From positions 96,001-160,000 of IMG/VR virus record IMGVR_UViG_3300020477_000014: a stretch of DNA of 64,000 bases; one strand, written 5' to 3'. Shown piece after piece: positions 1 to 9,388 of the stretch (position 1 is its first letter; the number at the start of each line of letters is the position of its first letter). This DNA comes from a virus. The translations under genes and the position numbers were made by a program. Under the pieces are notes generated by a model. That model was not told the DNA's origin. It did no database searches and saw nothing but the letters and a program-made list of their open reading frames with translations.

Positions 1-1
1 G

Positions 2-421
2 CCGGTTTCTGCGTTAGCTGAATCTAATCCAAATATGAAGGTGCGCTTTCAGCCGGCACATATGGGTCAAGCAAAAACACCAGACGGAGAAACGGTTTAT
101 GAAGTTGTTACATCCTTTGAAGGTGGTCGACCACAAATGAACATGACAACATTGCTAATAGGCCCGAAATGGTATCCGGGTCATGCAAAAGATGACGATA
201 AGCCAGTCATTTGGACTTTCTATCCCGGTGAGCCGACTCCACCTCCCAATCCAAAATCCCCCAGATATATTCTTGAGAAAGATATCACCAAATATACCAC
301 CGACAGCGTTGACTCTGGTTTTAAGGATGAGGAAGGGAATTCAATGGCAGCTTACATAGGTACGATTGGGGATGCAGCGAAGTTGGGTTATGGCAACATT
401 AAACATGTAGAAGGAAACTAA
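2..421 (+). CDS. Hypothetical protein, probably 5'-truncated by the window edge
   Basis: The frame of ORF 35..421 is open back to base 2 (PVSALAESNPNM...). No recognisable motif. Confidence 0.6.
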   Translation, partial: PVSALAESNPNMKVRFQPAHMGQAKTPDGETVYEVVTSFEGGRPQMNMTTLLIGPKWYPGHAKDDDKPVIWTFYPGEPTPPPNPKSPRYILEKDITKYTTDSVDSGFKDEEGNSMAAYIGTIGDAAKLGYGNIKHVEGN

Positions 422-423
422 CC

Positions 424-900
424 ATGAAAATCACAAAAGCACAACTTAAAAAACTTATCGCCGAAGAACTTGAAGAGATTCGCGTTGGCGGCATGGGAGG
501 TTATCTCCCGGGAGAAACCGGAGGCATGCGTGGACGCGTTCGCGCGGATGTTCCTGGTACAGAAGAGTCTCCTTGTGCCATGGCAGCAGCCGAAGAGCCT
601 CCCGATCTCGAAACACGTGTGGCGGCTATCGAAGACAAGCTTGATATGATCTTGTCTCAATTGCAGATATCAGAAGAAGCCAATCGCACAGCTAAAGGAA
701 ATGTTACCCAGGCTGCTCGCGAAAAGTATGCGACTGTCGGTGATGATGGGTTTCCCATTTTTGATAAGAAGTCTGCGAAAGCGGCGATAGATTTGCGAGG
801 CCATGCGCCCGAAGCAGATCGATCAAAGATTATTAATAAGGCTGCCAAGCGCGCCCCTGAAGCTGCCAAGAAAGCAAGAGAAGCTGACAAAAAGAAATGA
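424..900 (+). CDS. Putative internal head / prohead-associated protein
   Basis: N-terminus MKITKAQLKKLIAEELEE is shared with the next ORF. Charged and low complexity. Confidence 0.5.
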   Translation: MKITKAQLKKLIAEELEEIRVGGMGGYLPGETGGMRGRVRADVPGTEESPCAMAAAEEPPDLETRVAAIEDKLDMILSQLQISEEANRTAKGNVTQAAREKYATVGDDGFPIFDKKSAKAAIDLRGHAPEADRSKIINKAAKRAPEAAKKAREADKKK

Positions 901-1190
901 AGGTTTCTAAGTCCAAACTTGAACAGATCATTCGTGAAGAACTAAAGAGCGTTTTATCTAAAACTACGTCACCGTTTCAGGTACCGACTTATCTTATTCA
1001 AGATCCCGAAGGTGATGCGATAGATGACGAGGAAGATATCGAAGAAGTGCTTGGTCCCGATGATGATGTGGGCGACTATATAGATGATTTCTCTGATTCA
1101 AATGCTCCGTCTTTAAAAGGCAAGAGCAAGGAGAAGAGAAAAGAGATGGCTATAGCCGCTCACTATGCTGCGAAGGAAAAAGACTCATGA
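897..1190 (+). CDS. Putative internal head / prohead-associated protein
   Basis: N-terminus MKVSKSKLEQIIREEL. Acidic middle. ATGA overlaps with both neighbours. Confidence 0.5.
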   Translation: MKVSKSKLEQIIREELKSVLSKTTSPFQVPTYLIQDPEGDAIDDEEDIEEVLGPDDDVGDYIDDFSDSNAPSLKGKSKEKRKEMAIAAHYAAKEKDS

Positions 1191-1954
1191 AGTTGATAAT
1201 TGAAGGTTGGCGGGGCTACCTATCTGAACTTAAGCGCGCCGAAGACGAACAACAAGTTGGGCCCATTTATGATAATGTTGCGCTTCTTGTCGCCTTATCA
1301 AACATCGATCAGATCGATGAGGCTAGTTGGAAAAAAGGACTCGCCGGTCTTGGTTTGGCTACGGCACTTGGCGTGGGCGGTGGAGCGGGAATCGGTTCGG
1401 CAATAACAAGCCATGATGGCACGTCCAAAGCTCCACAAGTCCACCAAGATGTTGGCGGCTTGACTGATATGCCCACCTTCGGAAAAAACGACAAGGCCGG
1501 CGATGAGATGCCGATTGACAAAAACTGGACCAGATCTCCCACGCGCGGAGAGTATGTCTGGGTATCCCCGGATCAGTTTGAGGGAGGCTTTGTTCTTCCG
1601 TTGGGCAACGTCACCGTAGATGATTATAGAGAGTATCTATCTGCGTGGAATATCGACGATCTCTATAAACTGCTTTATGGAAGCAGTGGGCAATGGTCTT
1701 ACACCAAAGAAGCTCCCAATTTACCTAAAACTTTCGACAACCATCCTGGTTCTGGGCTCGAAATGTTGCCTCCTGACTGGTCGATCGCTTTTGATGTTTA
1801 TAAAGAAAAAGTGGAAGGAGCCACTGAACACATTCAAGATCGCATTAGTGATGCAGAAGACGGCGGTCTTTCAATCGCGAAAGGACTTGGGCACGAGGAT
1901 GTGGAAAGCTTACTTCAAGATCTTCAGAAATTAAACAGATCTGTTGAATATTAA
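1187..1954 (+). CDS. Putative internal head protein with a Gly/Ala-rich hydrophobic segment
   Basis: MKLIIEGWRGYLSE N-terminus and a LAGLGLATALGVGGGAGIG segment. Confidence 0.5.
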   Translation: MKLIIEGWRGYLSELKRAEDEQQVGPIYDNVALLVALSNIDQIDEASWKKGLAGLGLATALGVGGGAGIGSAITSHDGTSKAPQVHQDVGGLTDMPTFGKNDKAGDEMPIDKNWTRSPTRGEYVWVSPDQFEGGFVLPLGNVTVDDYREYLSAWNIDDLYKLLYGSSGQWSYTKEAPNLPKTFDNHPGSGLEMLPPDWSIAFDVYKEKVEGATEHIQDRISDAEDGGLSIAKGLGHEDVESLLQDLQKLNRSVEY

Positions 1955-1955
1955 C

Positions 1956-1984
1956 TTGACAACTGTGGAATAATATGATATATT
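1956..1984 (+). promoter_or_regulatory. Sigma70-type promoter with extended -10
   Basis: TTGACA(1956-61)-N17-TATATT(1979-84), TG at 1976-77, AGGAG SD downstream. Confidence 0.8.
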
Positions 1985-2005
1985 ATTAATAGGAGTGGAA
2001 AAAAG

Positions 2006-2164
2006 ATGAAAAGAAATATTATTTTAGGACTATTTTTTGTTACAGGTGTGTGTGTTAGTTCGTATCTCACATATGAGGCATTAAACAACAATGACATTGG
2101 CTCAACTTACGAGAACACCGAAACGATTAAAAACATTTCAGATTACGAAAGGAGTAATAAATGA
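2006..2164 (+). CDS. Small membrane-anchored protein (52 aa, absent from the ORF track)
   Basis: ATG 2006 after AGGAGTGG. MKRNIILGLFFVTGVCVSSYL hydrophobic N-terminus. Its TGA overlaps the ATG of 2161. Confidence 0.65.
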   Translation: MKRNIILGLFFVTGVCVSSYLTYEALNNNDIGSTYENTETIKNISDYERSNK

Positions 2165-2358
2165 TGCAATATGCACAAGGGAAACTTGATAAACTAGTTG
2201 AGAAGGCAATTTCTCGAAAGTTTTTGGTGTGGTTGACTGCCACAGCTTTGATGGCAACGTCCGGATTAGAATCCGGAGATTGGGTTATCATCTCTGCGCT
2301 TTATATTGGAGGCCAAACTGTTATCGATGGGATTGCAAAATTAAAAGGTCTTGAATGA
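2161..2358 (+). CDS. Putative holin-like small membrane protein
   Basis: 65 aa, two hydrophobic segments after an SRKF motif, basic C-terminus, AAGGAG SD. Confidence 0.5.
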   Translation: MMQYAQGKLDKLVEKAISRKFLVWLTATALMATSGLESGDWVIISALYIGGQTVIDGIAKLKGLE

Positions 2359-2747
2359 TCACGGTTAACTTTTTGCAAATTTTGTCTCTCTTCAAAAAGT
2401 ATTGGAGAGAGATTTTAATTATTGTGTTGTCTGTCATTGTTGTTGGTAAAATGAGAATAGATCACAACAGGATAGAAAAAACTTACAAAACTACCCAGGA
2501 AGAATTGCAAAAACAAATTACTGAGCTTAACAGGATCCACGTGCACGAAATGAAAGAGAAAGAGAAAGCAATAAAACTTTACAAAGAGACACTGGTTAAT
2601 ATAGAAAAAGATTATGAGGAACAAAAAAAAAAGAATAAAGAACTGAGCACCCAAAGAAAAACAAAACTAGAAAAACAATTCACTCGTGATAAGGATCAGC
2701 TAGCACATGAAATTAATAAAACTTTTGGCATTAAATATATTCCTTAG
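2355..2747 (+). CDS. N-terminal TM + coiled-coil protein (i-spanin-like)
   Basis: EILIIVLSVIVVG TM followed by a long K/E/Q-rich helical region. Directly follows the holin-like gene. Confidence 0.4.
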   Translation: MITVNFLQILSLFKKYWREILIIVLSVIVVGKMRIDHNRIEKTYKTTQEELQKQITELNRIHVHEMKEKEKAIKLYKETLVNIEKDYEEQKKKNKELSTQRKTKLEKQFTRDKDQLAHEINKTFGIKYIP

Positions 2748-3135
2748 TTCAACATCATACGCCACCGAAGGAAAATTTACATTTTTGGGACAAGGACAAT
2801 GTGCCTTATACGAGGGGGGTCTTTTTGATCCTTCTGCCATGGCACAAATGGTTGTTGTGGTGGAGGATTTGCAGACTGATTGTGATTTAAGAATGGAATA
2901 TGAATTAGACAAATCGGCCACACAACATCAGTTGGAAATAGAAAACCACCACATAGCCTATAGAACCCTTCAGAAGAAATATGATTTACTTGAAAATTAT
3001 AGTAATACTCAAATTACAAATCTTCAAAATGCTTTGGACTCTATTTCATCTACTAACAAGTGGCGGTGGTTTGGTGGGGGAATCGTAGTGGGCGTTGTTA
3101 CAACTTATGCTGGTTATCGAATGTTTAATGAGTGA
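2707..3135 (+). CDS. Signal peptide + coiled coil + C-terminal TM protein (spanin-like?)
   Basis: MKLIKLLALNIFLSSTSYA signal-like N-terminus and C-terminal WFGGGIVVGVVTTYAGY. Overlaps the previous gene by 41 nt. Confidence 0.45.
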   Translation: MKLIKLLALNIFLSSTSYATEGKFTFLGQGQCALYEGGLFDPSAMAQMVVVVEDLQTDCDLRMEYELDKSATQHQLEIENHHIAYRTLQKKYDLLENYSNTQITNLQNALDSISSTNKWRWFGGGIVVGVVTTYAGYRMFNE

Positions 3136-3517
3136 TAAATATAATAAAATAGCTGCTATTGAACAAGCCATATCTAAAAAGTATGGGGACGATGCCATAC
3201 AAAACCCAAAAGCAAACTGGGATGAAGAAAAAGAACGAGAATACTTAGAGCAATCAAAAGAGTTTTATCGCAAAGTTCGTCGAAATGACGAGTGGCAAGA
3301 AAAAGTAGAGGTAAATGGTGTAAAGGTTTCAAAAAAACTACTTAATAGAGAATCTTTAATTTCTTGTCCTATTTGCGGGAATTTCCCCAAAGGCGTGATG
3401 GATGATGTGTGTTTATCAAAATTTGATTGCTGCAACAATTGTTATGTAAAATATGTAGAAGGACGAGAAGATAGATGGCTAAAAGGATGGAGACCCGATA
3501 ATGGCAACAACTTATGA
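3128..3517 (+). CDS. Hypothetical protein with CxxC...CxxC zinc-binding motif
   Basis: CPIC...CCNNC. The ATG at 3128 (MSDKY) is preferred over 3095. Confidence 0.65.
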   Translation: MSDKYNKIAAIEQAISKKYGDDAIQNPKANWDEEKEREYLEQSKEFYRKVRRNDEWQEKVEVNGVKVSKKLLNRESLISCPICGNFPKGVMDDVCLSKFDCCNNCYVKYVEGREDRWLKGWRPDNGNNL

Positions 3518-4034
3518 AATTATACAAGGATTGGCACAAGCTGCCGCAAATTCCTATGATGGAGCACTTGGCGAAGATTATGAGCCTGTAAATGATGGCA
3601 TTCTTCGAAGAGAAGAAGGGAACGCCCTCATTGATCAACGCGTGATGGATGGATTTAATGTTAAATTTTATGGCAACATGATGTGTCTTAGTTATCAAGC
3701 CGAGATCAAACTTAAAGAAGTATACGCCGGCGGATTTGAAGAAGAGACGGATCAGCGCCTGACTGATATTGCTGGATGGCTCAAGAAAGAGTACAAAAAG
3801 ATTACAGGCAACAGCGTTACTCTGACTGCCAAAGGCGAGGTGGACATTCGAGTAGAAAATTCTTCACGAGTACGATCGTGGGTGACAGCAAAAAAACATT
3901 ATCAAATTGGCGGTCTGAAAGAAGATATGGCTATCGAACAACCATCTGAAGACAGGGTAGAAAACAGTTGGCAAACCTTTTTGGGCCAGGGCGGATGGGG
4001 GAAGCGCCCCAAAAATGATACGAGAAAAAAATAA
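3501..4034 (+). CDS. Hypothetical protein upstream of terminase
   Basis: 177-aa ORF coupled to both neighbours. Confidence 0.7.
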   Translation: MATTYEIIQGLAQAAANSYDGALGEDYEPVNDGILRREEGNALIDQRVMDGFNVKFYGNMMCLSYQAEIKLKEVYAGGFEEETDQRLTDIAGWLKKEYKKITGNSVTLTAKGEVDIRVENSSRVRSWVTAKKHYQIGGLKEDMAIEQPSEDRVENSWQTFLGQGGWGKRPKNDTRKK

Positions 4035-4042
4035 GATGACAC

Positions 4043-5626
4043 ATGAGCTTCAAGTTAACGAAAAAACAACAAGTTTCTGAAATTATTAAATGTGGAAAAA
4101 ACCCTTCTTATTTTTTGAAGACATATGCTCGCATTTCTCATCCTATGCATGGATTGATTTTATTTGATACCTATGATTTTCAGGACGATCTTCTTAAAGA
4201 TTTTAATGATTACCGATTTAATGTTATATTAAAAGCTCGACAGCTTGGTATTTCAACCATTACTGCCGGCTACATTGTTTGGATGATGCTTTTTCATCGA
4301 GATAAGAATATTCTCGTAATGGCTACCAAATTTGCGACAGCAGGTAACTTAGTAAAGAAAGTCAAGAGTATTATGAAGAATCTTCCTGTTTGGTTGACGA
4401 TCGCCAAAATTGATGTCGACAACAGAACGTCTTTTGAACTTTCAAACGGATCTACAATTAAGGCTACTTCAACATCTGGCGATGCTGGTCGTTCGGAAGC
4501 CTTGTCTTTGCTTGTTTTAGATGAGGCGGCACATATCGAGGGTCTCGAAGATTTGTGGACAGGTCTGTACCCCACGTTGTCTACTGGTGGTCGATGTATT
4601 GCTTTGTCTACCCCGAATGGTGTCGGAAACTGGTTTCATAAAACCTGTGCTGATTCGGAGTCTGGTGCTAATAATTTTAAATTAACAGTATTGCCTTGGA
4701 TTGTTCATCCGGAACGGGATGAAGAGTGGTTTAAGAAAGAAACCAAGAACATGTCCCGCCGCCAAATCGCCCAAGAACTTGAGTGTAATTTTAATACATC
4801 TGGAGAAACCGTTATCGATCCAGATTGCATGGAGTGGTTATTAACAAATGTCCGAGAACCTAAACACAGAACAGGGTTTGATAGAAACTTTTGGATCTGG
4901 GAAGAATTTGATCCTACTTGTAATTACCTTATCGTTGCTGACGTGGCTCGCGGAGACGCTGCTGACTATTCCACTTTCCATATTCTTAAGTTAGAGACAA
5001 TGGAGTTTGTCGGCGAATATCAAGGTAAACCAACACCGGACCTATATGCCAACATGCTTAATCAAGTAGGAAGAGAGTTCGGAAACGCCATGATGGTAGT
5101 AGAAAATAACAACATTGGTTACACGGTTTTAGATAAATTGTTAGAGCACGGATATCCCAACCTATATCACTCTATTAAGTCGACCCACGAGTATATCGAA
5201 CAACATCAAGCCGAAATTAGAACCAACTCAGTAGCGGGATTTACGACGACGATGAAAACCCGACCCCTAATAATTGCAAAATTAGAAGAGTTTATAAGAA
5301 ATAAACTAATTACTCTATATTCTTCTCGAACTATTAACGAGATGAAGACATTTATTTGGAGTCATGGAAAACCACAAGCAATGAAAGGATATCACGACGA
5401 TTTAATTATGGCACTTGCGATCGCCTGTTGGGTGCGCGACACCGCAATTCAATCTAATGCTCGTGATTTAAACTATCAACGTGCTTTTGTGGATGCTATC
5501 TATACGACTAGAACAACTATGAATACACAAATAAAAGGACAAATAGGCTACAAAGCAGACAATTTTGCAGATTCTGTAAATGAAGCTAAAAGTCTTTACG
5601 ACGAATTTAAATGGATTATAAAGTGA
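4043..5626 (+). CDS. terL: Terminase large subunit (T4 gp17-like)
   Basis: KARQLGISTITA Walker A region, LLVLDEAAHI Walker B, STPNG motif, ADVARG and HDDLIMALAIA nuclease motifs. Confidence 0.95.
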   Translation: MSFKLTKKQQVSEIIKCGKNPSYFLKTYARISHPMHGLILFDTYDFQDDLLKDFNDYRFNVILKARQLGISTITAGYIVWMMLFHRDKNILVMATKFATAGNLVKKVKSIMKNLPVWLTIAKIDVDNRTSFELSNGSTIKATSTSGDAGRSEALSLLVLDEAAHIEGLEDLWTGLYPTLSTGGRCIALSTPNGVGNWFHKTCADSESGANNFKLTVLPWIVHPERDEEWFKKETKNMSRRQIAQELECNFNTSGETVIDPDCMEWLLTNVREPKHRTGFDRNFWIWEEFDPTCNYLIVADVARGDAADYSTFHILKLETMEFVGEYQGKPTPDLYANMLNQVGREFGNAMMVVENNNIGYTVLDKLLEHGYPNLYHSIKSTHEYIEQHQAEIRTNSVAGFTTTMKTRPLIIAKLEEFIRNKLITLYSSRTINEMKTFIWSHGKPQAMKGYHDDLIMALAIACWVRDTAIQSNARDLNYQRAFVDAIYTTRTTMNTQIKGQIGYKADNFADSVNEAKSLYDEFKWIIK

Positions 5627-5634
5627 GATAACTT

Positions 5635-7635
5635 ATGGCACCTCCCTTAAAAAATGGCAAAAACCCTGCGAATGATCAGTCTCAGTTATTTAAAGCACTA
5701 ACTAGGTTGTTCTCCGGGCCGATTATAAATTATAGATCGCAGTCCGGGCGCCGTATTAGGCGTCAACATTTGGACAAATTTTCGTCCCGCTTTAAGACCG
5801 CTTCCGGACAACAATTCAAAAAGGCTCTCTACAATCCTTTAGATGTTATTGCCTCCAACGCGATGCAGAACCAACGCCGCGGCGAAAGATATATTGATTT
5901 CGATCAGATGGAATACATGCCCGAGATTGCCTCTACTATGGACATCTATGCTGATGAGATGACAACTTATTCTGAGTTACGTCCAATGCTTAATATAAAA
6001 TGTGCCAACGAAGAGATAAAAGCGGTTTTGGCTACTTTGTATAGCAACATTCTTAATTTAGAGTACAACTTGTTTGGGTGGTGCCGTACGATGTGTAAGT
6101 ATGGTGATTTTTTCCTTTATCTAGATATTGATGATAAATATGGAGTAAAATCTGTTATAGCTCTCCCATCGGCTGAAATAGAAAGATTAGAAGGCCAGGA
6201 TGCAACCAATCCTAATTACATTCAATATCAATGGAATTCTGCTGGAATGACTTTTGAGAATTGGCAGGTCGCACACTTCCGCATTCTTGGTAACGACAAA
6301 TATGCCCCATACGGAACTTCCATTCTTGAGCCGGCTCGTCGTATTTGGCGACAACTTGTTCTTATGGAAGATGCTATGATGGCTTATCGTGTTATTCGTT
6401 CTTCAGAAAGGCGCGTGTTCAAAATTGATGTCGGCGGCATTAATCCGCAAGATGTTGAACAATACATGCAGAAGATCGTTACTCAACTTAAGAGGCATAG
6501 CGTTGTGGACCCCACCACTGGGCGTATCGATTTGCGTTACAATCCAATGTCCATTGAGGAAGATTATTTTATTCCTGTTCGTGCTGGTTCTGTTACAGAT
6601 ATTCAAAGTCTTGCCGGCGCCACAAATATTACAGCTATCGATGATATTAAGTATTTGCGTGATAAATTGTTCTCTGCATTAAAGGTACCTCAGTCTTATC
6701 TTACGATGGGCGAAGGGGCAGAAGAAGACAAAACAACGCTAGCGCAAAAAGATATTCGTTTTGCTAGGACTATACAAAGACTCCAACGGGTCGTTATAGC
6801 TGAGCTAGAAAAGATCGGAATTATCCATCTTTATACTCTCGGTTTTCGCGGCGACGATCTCTTGTCGTTTAATCTTTCACTTAATAATCCTTCGAAGATC
6901 GCAGAACTCCAAGAACTTGAGCACTGGAAGCAGAAATTTGATATTGCAGCCTCTGCCACAGAGGGGTACTTTTCTCGTCGCTGGGTTTCCGAGCACGTGT
7001 TCGGCATGTCTCACGAAGATTTCGTGAGAAACCAGAGAGAGCTTTATTTTGATCGCAAACAAGACGCTGCACTCCAAGCGGTGGCGGAAGCTGCTGCTGG
7101 TGCTGAACTAGGTGGCGGTGATCTTGGCGGTGATCTTGGTGGCGACTTAGGCGGTGAGGCTGGTGCTTTTCCGCCCGGCGATGAATTAGCCGGCGATGAT
7201 ATCGGCGGTGGTCAAGAAATGCCTGCCGGCGAAGCTGGCGCGCCAGAAAGCCCATTGTTGGCGGTACCTCCTGGTTCTCGCAAGGCGCCCACAGTTAAAT
7301 CACTAGAGCCTCAAGCTAAGGGCAAGCGCCACTTTCCCACGACAGTCGATAAACGTCAAGCTGGTGCGCGCTCTCGGTCCTATAGCGCACATGGCGGTAG
7401 TCAAAAAGGTAGTTCGGGTATTCGTAATGTGGTACCGGGATATTCTGATTTGAAAGGCATGGCGCGCATGGATGGCATCTCCGCTGGGATTTATGAACAA
7501 GAGGTGCCTACTTATAATATAAGAGAACAAACTGAAGAGAATCAAATATTTCAACGTAGCAACGATATTCGGCTTTTAATTGAGGATTTAGAAAATAATT
7601 TATTGGAGAATGAAGATAATGAAAATAAAACATAA
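5635..7635 (+). CDS. Portal protein (T4 gp20-like) with long acidic/Gly-rich C-terminal extension
   Basis: EDAMMAYRVIRSSERRVFKIDVG, EDYFIPVR and DDIKYLRDKLFSALKVP portal motifs. Follows terminase. Confidence 0.93.
   Translation: MAPPLKNGKNPANDQSQLFKALTRLFSGPIINYRSQSGRRIRRQHLDKFSSRFKTASGQQFKKALYNPLDVIASNAMQNQRRGERYIDFDQMEYMPEIASTMDIYADEMTTYSELRPMLNIKCANEEIKAVLATLYSNILNLEYNLFGWCRTMCKYGDFFLYLDIDDKYGVKSVIALPSAEIERLEGQDATNPNYIQYQWNSAGMTFENWQVAHFRILGNDKYAPYGTSILEPARRIWRQLVLMEDAMMAYRVIRSSERRVFKIDVGGINPQDVEQYMQKIVTQLKRHSVVDPTTGRIDLRYNPMSIEEDYFIPVRAGSVTDIQSLAGATNITAIDDIKYLRDKLFSALKVPQSYLTMGEGAEEDKTTLAQKDIRFARTIQRLQRVVIAELEKIGIIHLYTLGFRGDDLLSFNLSLNNPSKIAELQELEHWKQKFDIAASATEGYFSRRWVSEHVFGMSHEDFVRNQRELYFDRKQDAALQAVAEAAAGAELGGGDLGGDLGGDLGGEAGAFPPGDELAGDDIGGGQEMPAGEAGAPESPLLAVPPGSRKAPTVKSLEPQAKGKRHFPTTVDKRQAGARSRSYSAHGGSQKGSSGIRNVVPGYSDLKGMARMDGISAGIYEQEVPTYNIREQTEENQIFQRSNDIRLLIEDLENNLLENEDNENKT
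7114..7155 (+). repeat. 12-bp tandem repeat encoding GGDL x3 in the portal tail
   Basis: GGCGGTGATCTT x2, then GGTGGCGACTTA and GGCGGT. Confidence 0.8.
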
Positions 7636-8446
7636 CAAAAAAAGAAACACTGCCTTTGTTTTTGAATCGTTGATTAAAGAAATAACACTTGCCATATTAA
7701 AAGAGGATGCGCCAAGGAAAGATAAAGCCGTCTCCATAGTGAGGAAACATTTTGCTCCCGATTCTATTCTTTCCCGACAACTACAGTGCTATCGCTCGTT
7801 GTATGAAAATCAAAATACAGACAGGATAACTTCTGAAAAGATAATGCGAGAATCGAAAATGGCAAATCGCCTTATTGATCCCGACGGGCTTTTTAAGAGC
7901 CAAACTAGCTTAATCAAAGATATAAATAAAGAACTAGATCCATCGATTTTTAATAATTTTGTTCCTAACTATAAAACTTTGGCAACGATTGATCAGATAT
8001 TTTCTGGAAAATTGTCACCGCGAAACACAATAATCTTAGAAAATCAAATTATTTCTAATATGATCAAGCCATCACAAACTAAAGATCAAATAGAGACCAT
8101 TGACGATTTAGCAGTTACTTCTTTCATAAAAAAGTTTAACACCAAGTACGAGGGTGGTTTGTTAGAAAACCAAAAGTCTTTGTTGAATCATTATATTTCA
8201 TCTTTTAGTGATAATTCTTTAAGTTTGAAAATGTTTTTAAATGAAGAATTATTACGGCTAAAAACAAGACTTAAAGAGGCTCTTGAGATAGAAGAAATTC
8301 GTAGCGATGAAGACATGCTTGCCAAAGCCGGCTTAGTTATTCAAAAGCTTGACGAGTTTAAAAATTGTCAATTAAGCGACACCGTAGTGTTGACAGTTTT
8401 GAAGACTCAACAACTAGAAAAGGAAATTTTCAACAATGACAATTAA
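7619..8446 (+). CDS. Hypothetical head-module protein
   Basis: MKIKHNKKRNTAFVFESL. Start 7619 fits the GGAG at 7605-08. Lies between portal and protease. Confidence 0.75.
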   Translation: MKIKHNKKRNTAFVFESLIKEITLAILKEDAPRKDKAVSIVRKHFAPDSILSRQLQCYRSLYENQNTDRITSEKIMRESKMANRLIDPDGLFKSQTSLIKDINKELDPSIFNNFVPNYKTLATIDQIFSGKLSPRNTIILENQIISNMIKPSQTKDQIETIDDLAVTSFIKKFNTKYEGGLLENQKSLLNHYISSFSDNSLSLKMFLNEELLRLKTRLKEALEIEEIRSDEDMLAKAGLVIQKLDEFKNCQLSDTVVLTVLKTQQLEKEIFNNDN

Positions 8447-8978
8447 GGTCACCATTGGAAAGAACGAAACTAAGGCGACTGTTCGCCTCGAAATGGATAT
8501 CCGAAAATCGATTAATGGAGATTTGATGATTTTTGATCATGGCGATATCGACATTGTTTTGTCTACCACTTCTAATAGGGTATTGGCTTTTCCTAAAGAA
8601 AATATGAATGATTTGGTATATGGCGCTCAAAATAGACTGTTTACTCATCTTCATAGGCGCGGCGTGGTTATACCCGAATCTATTCAAGCTGCATCTTTTG
8701 CCGGCGCTTTCGAAGCAACGTTGCAGAAACCATTTACTGAAAGTATTAGCGCGGCTAAGTTTGCTTTAATTAATATTTCGCAATTTATCAACGAAGAGCG
8801 CCCTTATTTTGAGTCGACTGAGGCAATAATTTCTATGACGGATGATGAATTAGTCCACCCAGATAAGACAGACTCTACTGAGCTTGGGGACGTCCCACAG
8901 GCAGCCCAAAAGGGTTCTATACGCCCGGGCTATTCTCGAGATCCTTATGCTCTCAATTATTTATATACGCTAGAATAA
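8436..8978 (+). CDS. Hypothetical protein
   Basis: 180-aa ORF overlapping the previous stop. Confidence 0.7.
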   Translation: MTIKVTIGKNETKATVRLEMDIRKSINGDLMIFDHGDIDIVLSTTSNRVLAFPKENMNDLVYGAQNRLFTHLHRRGVVIPESIQAASFAGAFEATLQKPFTESISAAKFALINISQFINEERPYFESTEAIISMTDDELVHPDKTDSTELGDVPQAAQKGSIRPGYSRDPYALNYLYTLE

Positions 8979-8989
8979 GAGGTCTCAAA

Positions 8990-9361
8990 ATGGAGCTTAT
9001 ATATTTTATATTAATAGCATATGGATTAACTCAAATTGTGGTTTACGGGGATATGCCTCTGATAAGGAAGTTGCGCCCCTCTAAAGAGTTTTTAAAGGGG
9101 TATGGTAAACTTTTTCATTGTCCTATGTGTATGGGTTTCCATGTTGGATGGCTTTTAATGTTACTTTCTCCGTACACTGAACTATTTAGTTTTGATGTTT
9201 CTATAGCCAACTTTTTCCTTTTGGGGTGGTTGTCGTCGGGAACGTCATATATTCTCAACATGCTTATTGGAGATCGGGGAATTAAAATTTTACGTAACGT
9301 AGAGGTAGTTAAAGATGAAGAATGGTATTTACATGACAAAGTGGATGATTCAGCCAGTTAG
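8990..9361 (+). CDS. Membrane protein, DUF1360-like
   Basis: Three hydrophobic segments and a CPMCMGFHVG motif. Confidence 0.55.
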   Translation: MELIYFILIAYGLTQIVVYGDMPLIRKLRPSKEFLKGYGKLFHCPMCMGFHVGWLLMLLSPYTELFSFDVSIANFFLLGWLSSGTSYILNMLIGDRGIKILRNVEVVKDEEWYLHDKVDDSAS

Positions 9362-9383
9362 GCGATGCAAGTCAGGCTGTTGA
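9315..9383 (+). CDS. Possible 22-aa overlapping micro-ORF (MKNGIYMTKWMIQPVRRCKSGC)
   Basis: GAGGT SD at 9302-06, 8 nt before ATG 9315. TGA 9381-83 is followed by a hairpin and T-run. Confidence 0.35.
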   Translation: MKNGIYMTKWMIQPVRRCKSGC

Positions 9384-9388
9384 CTCAC

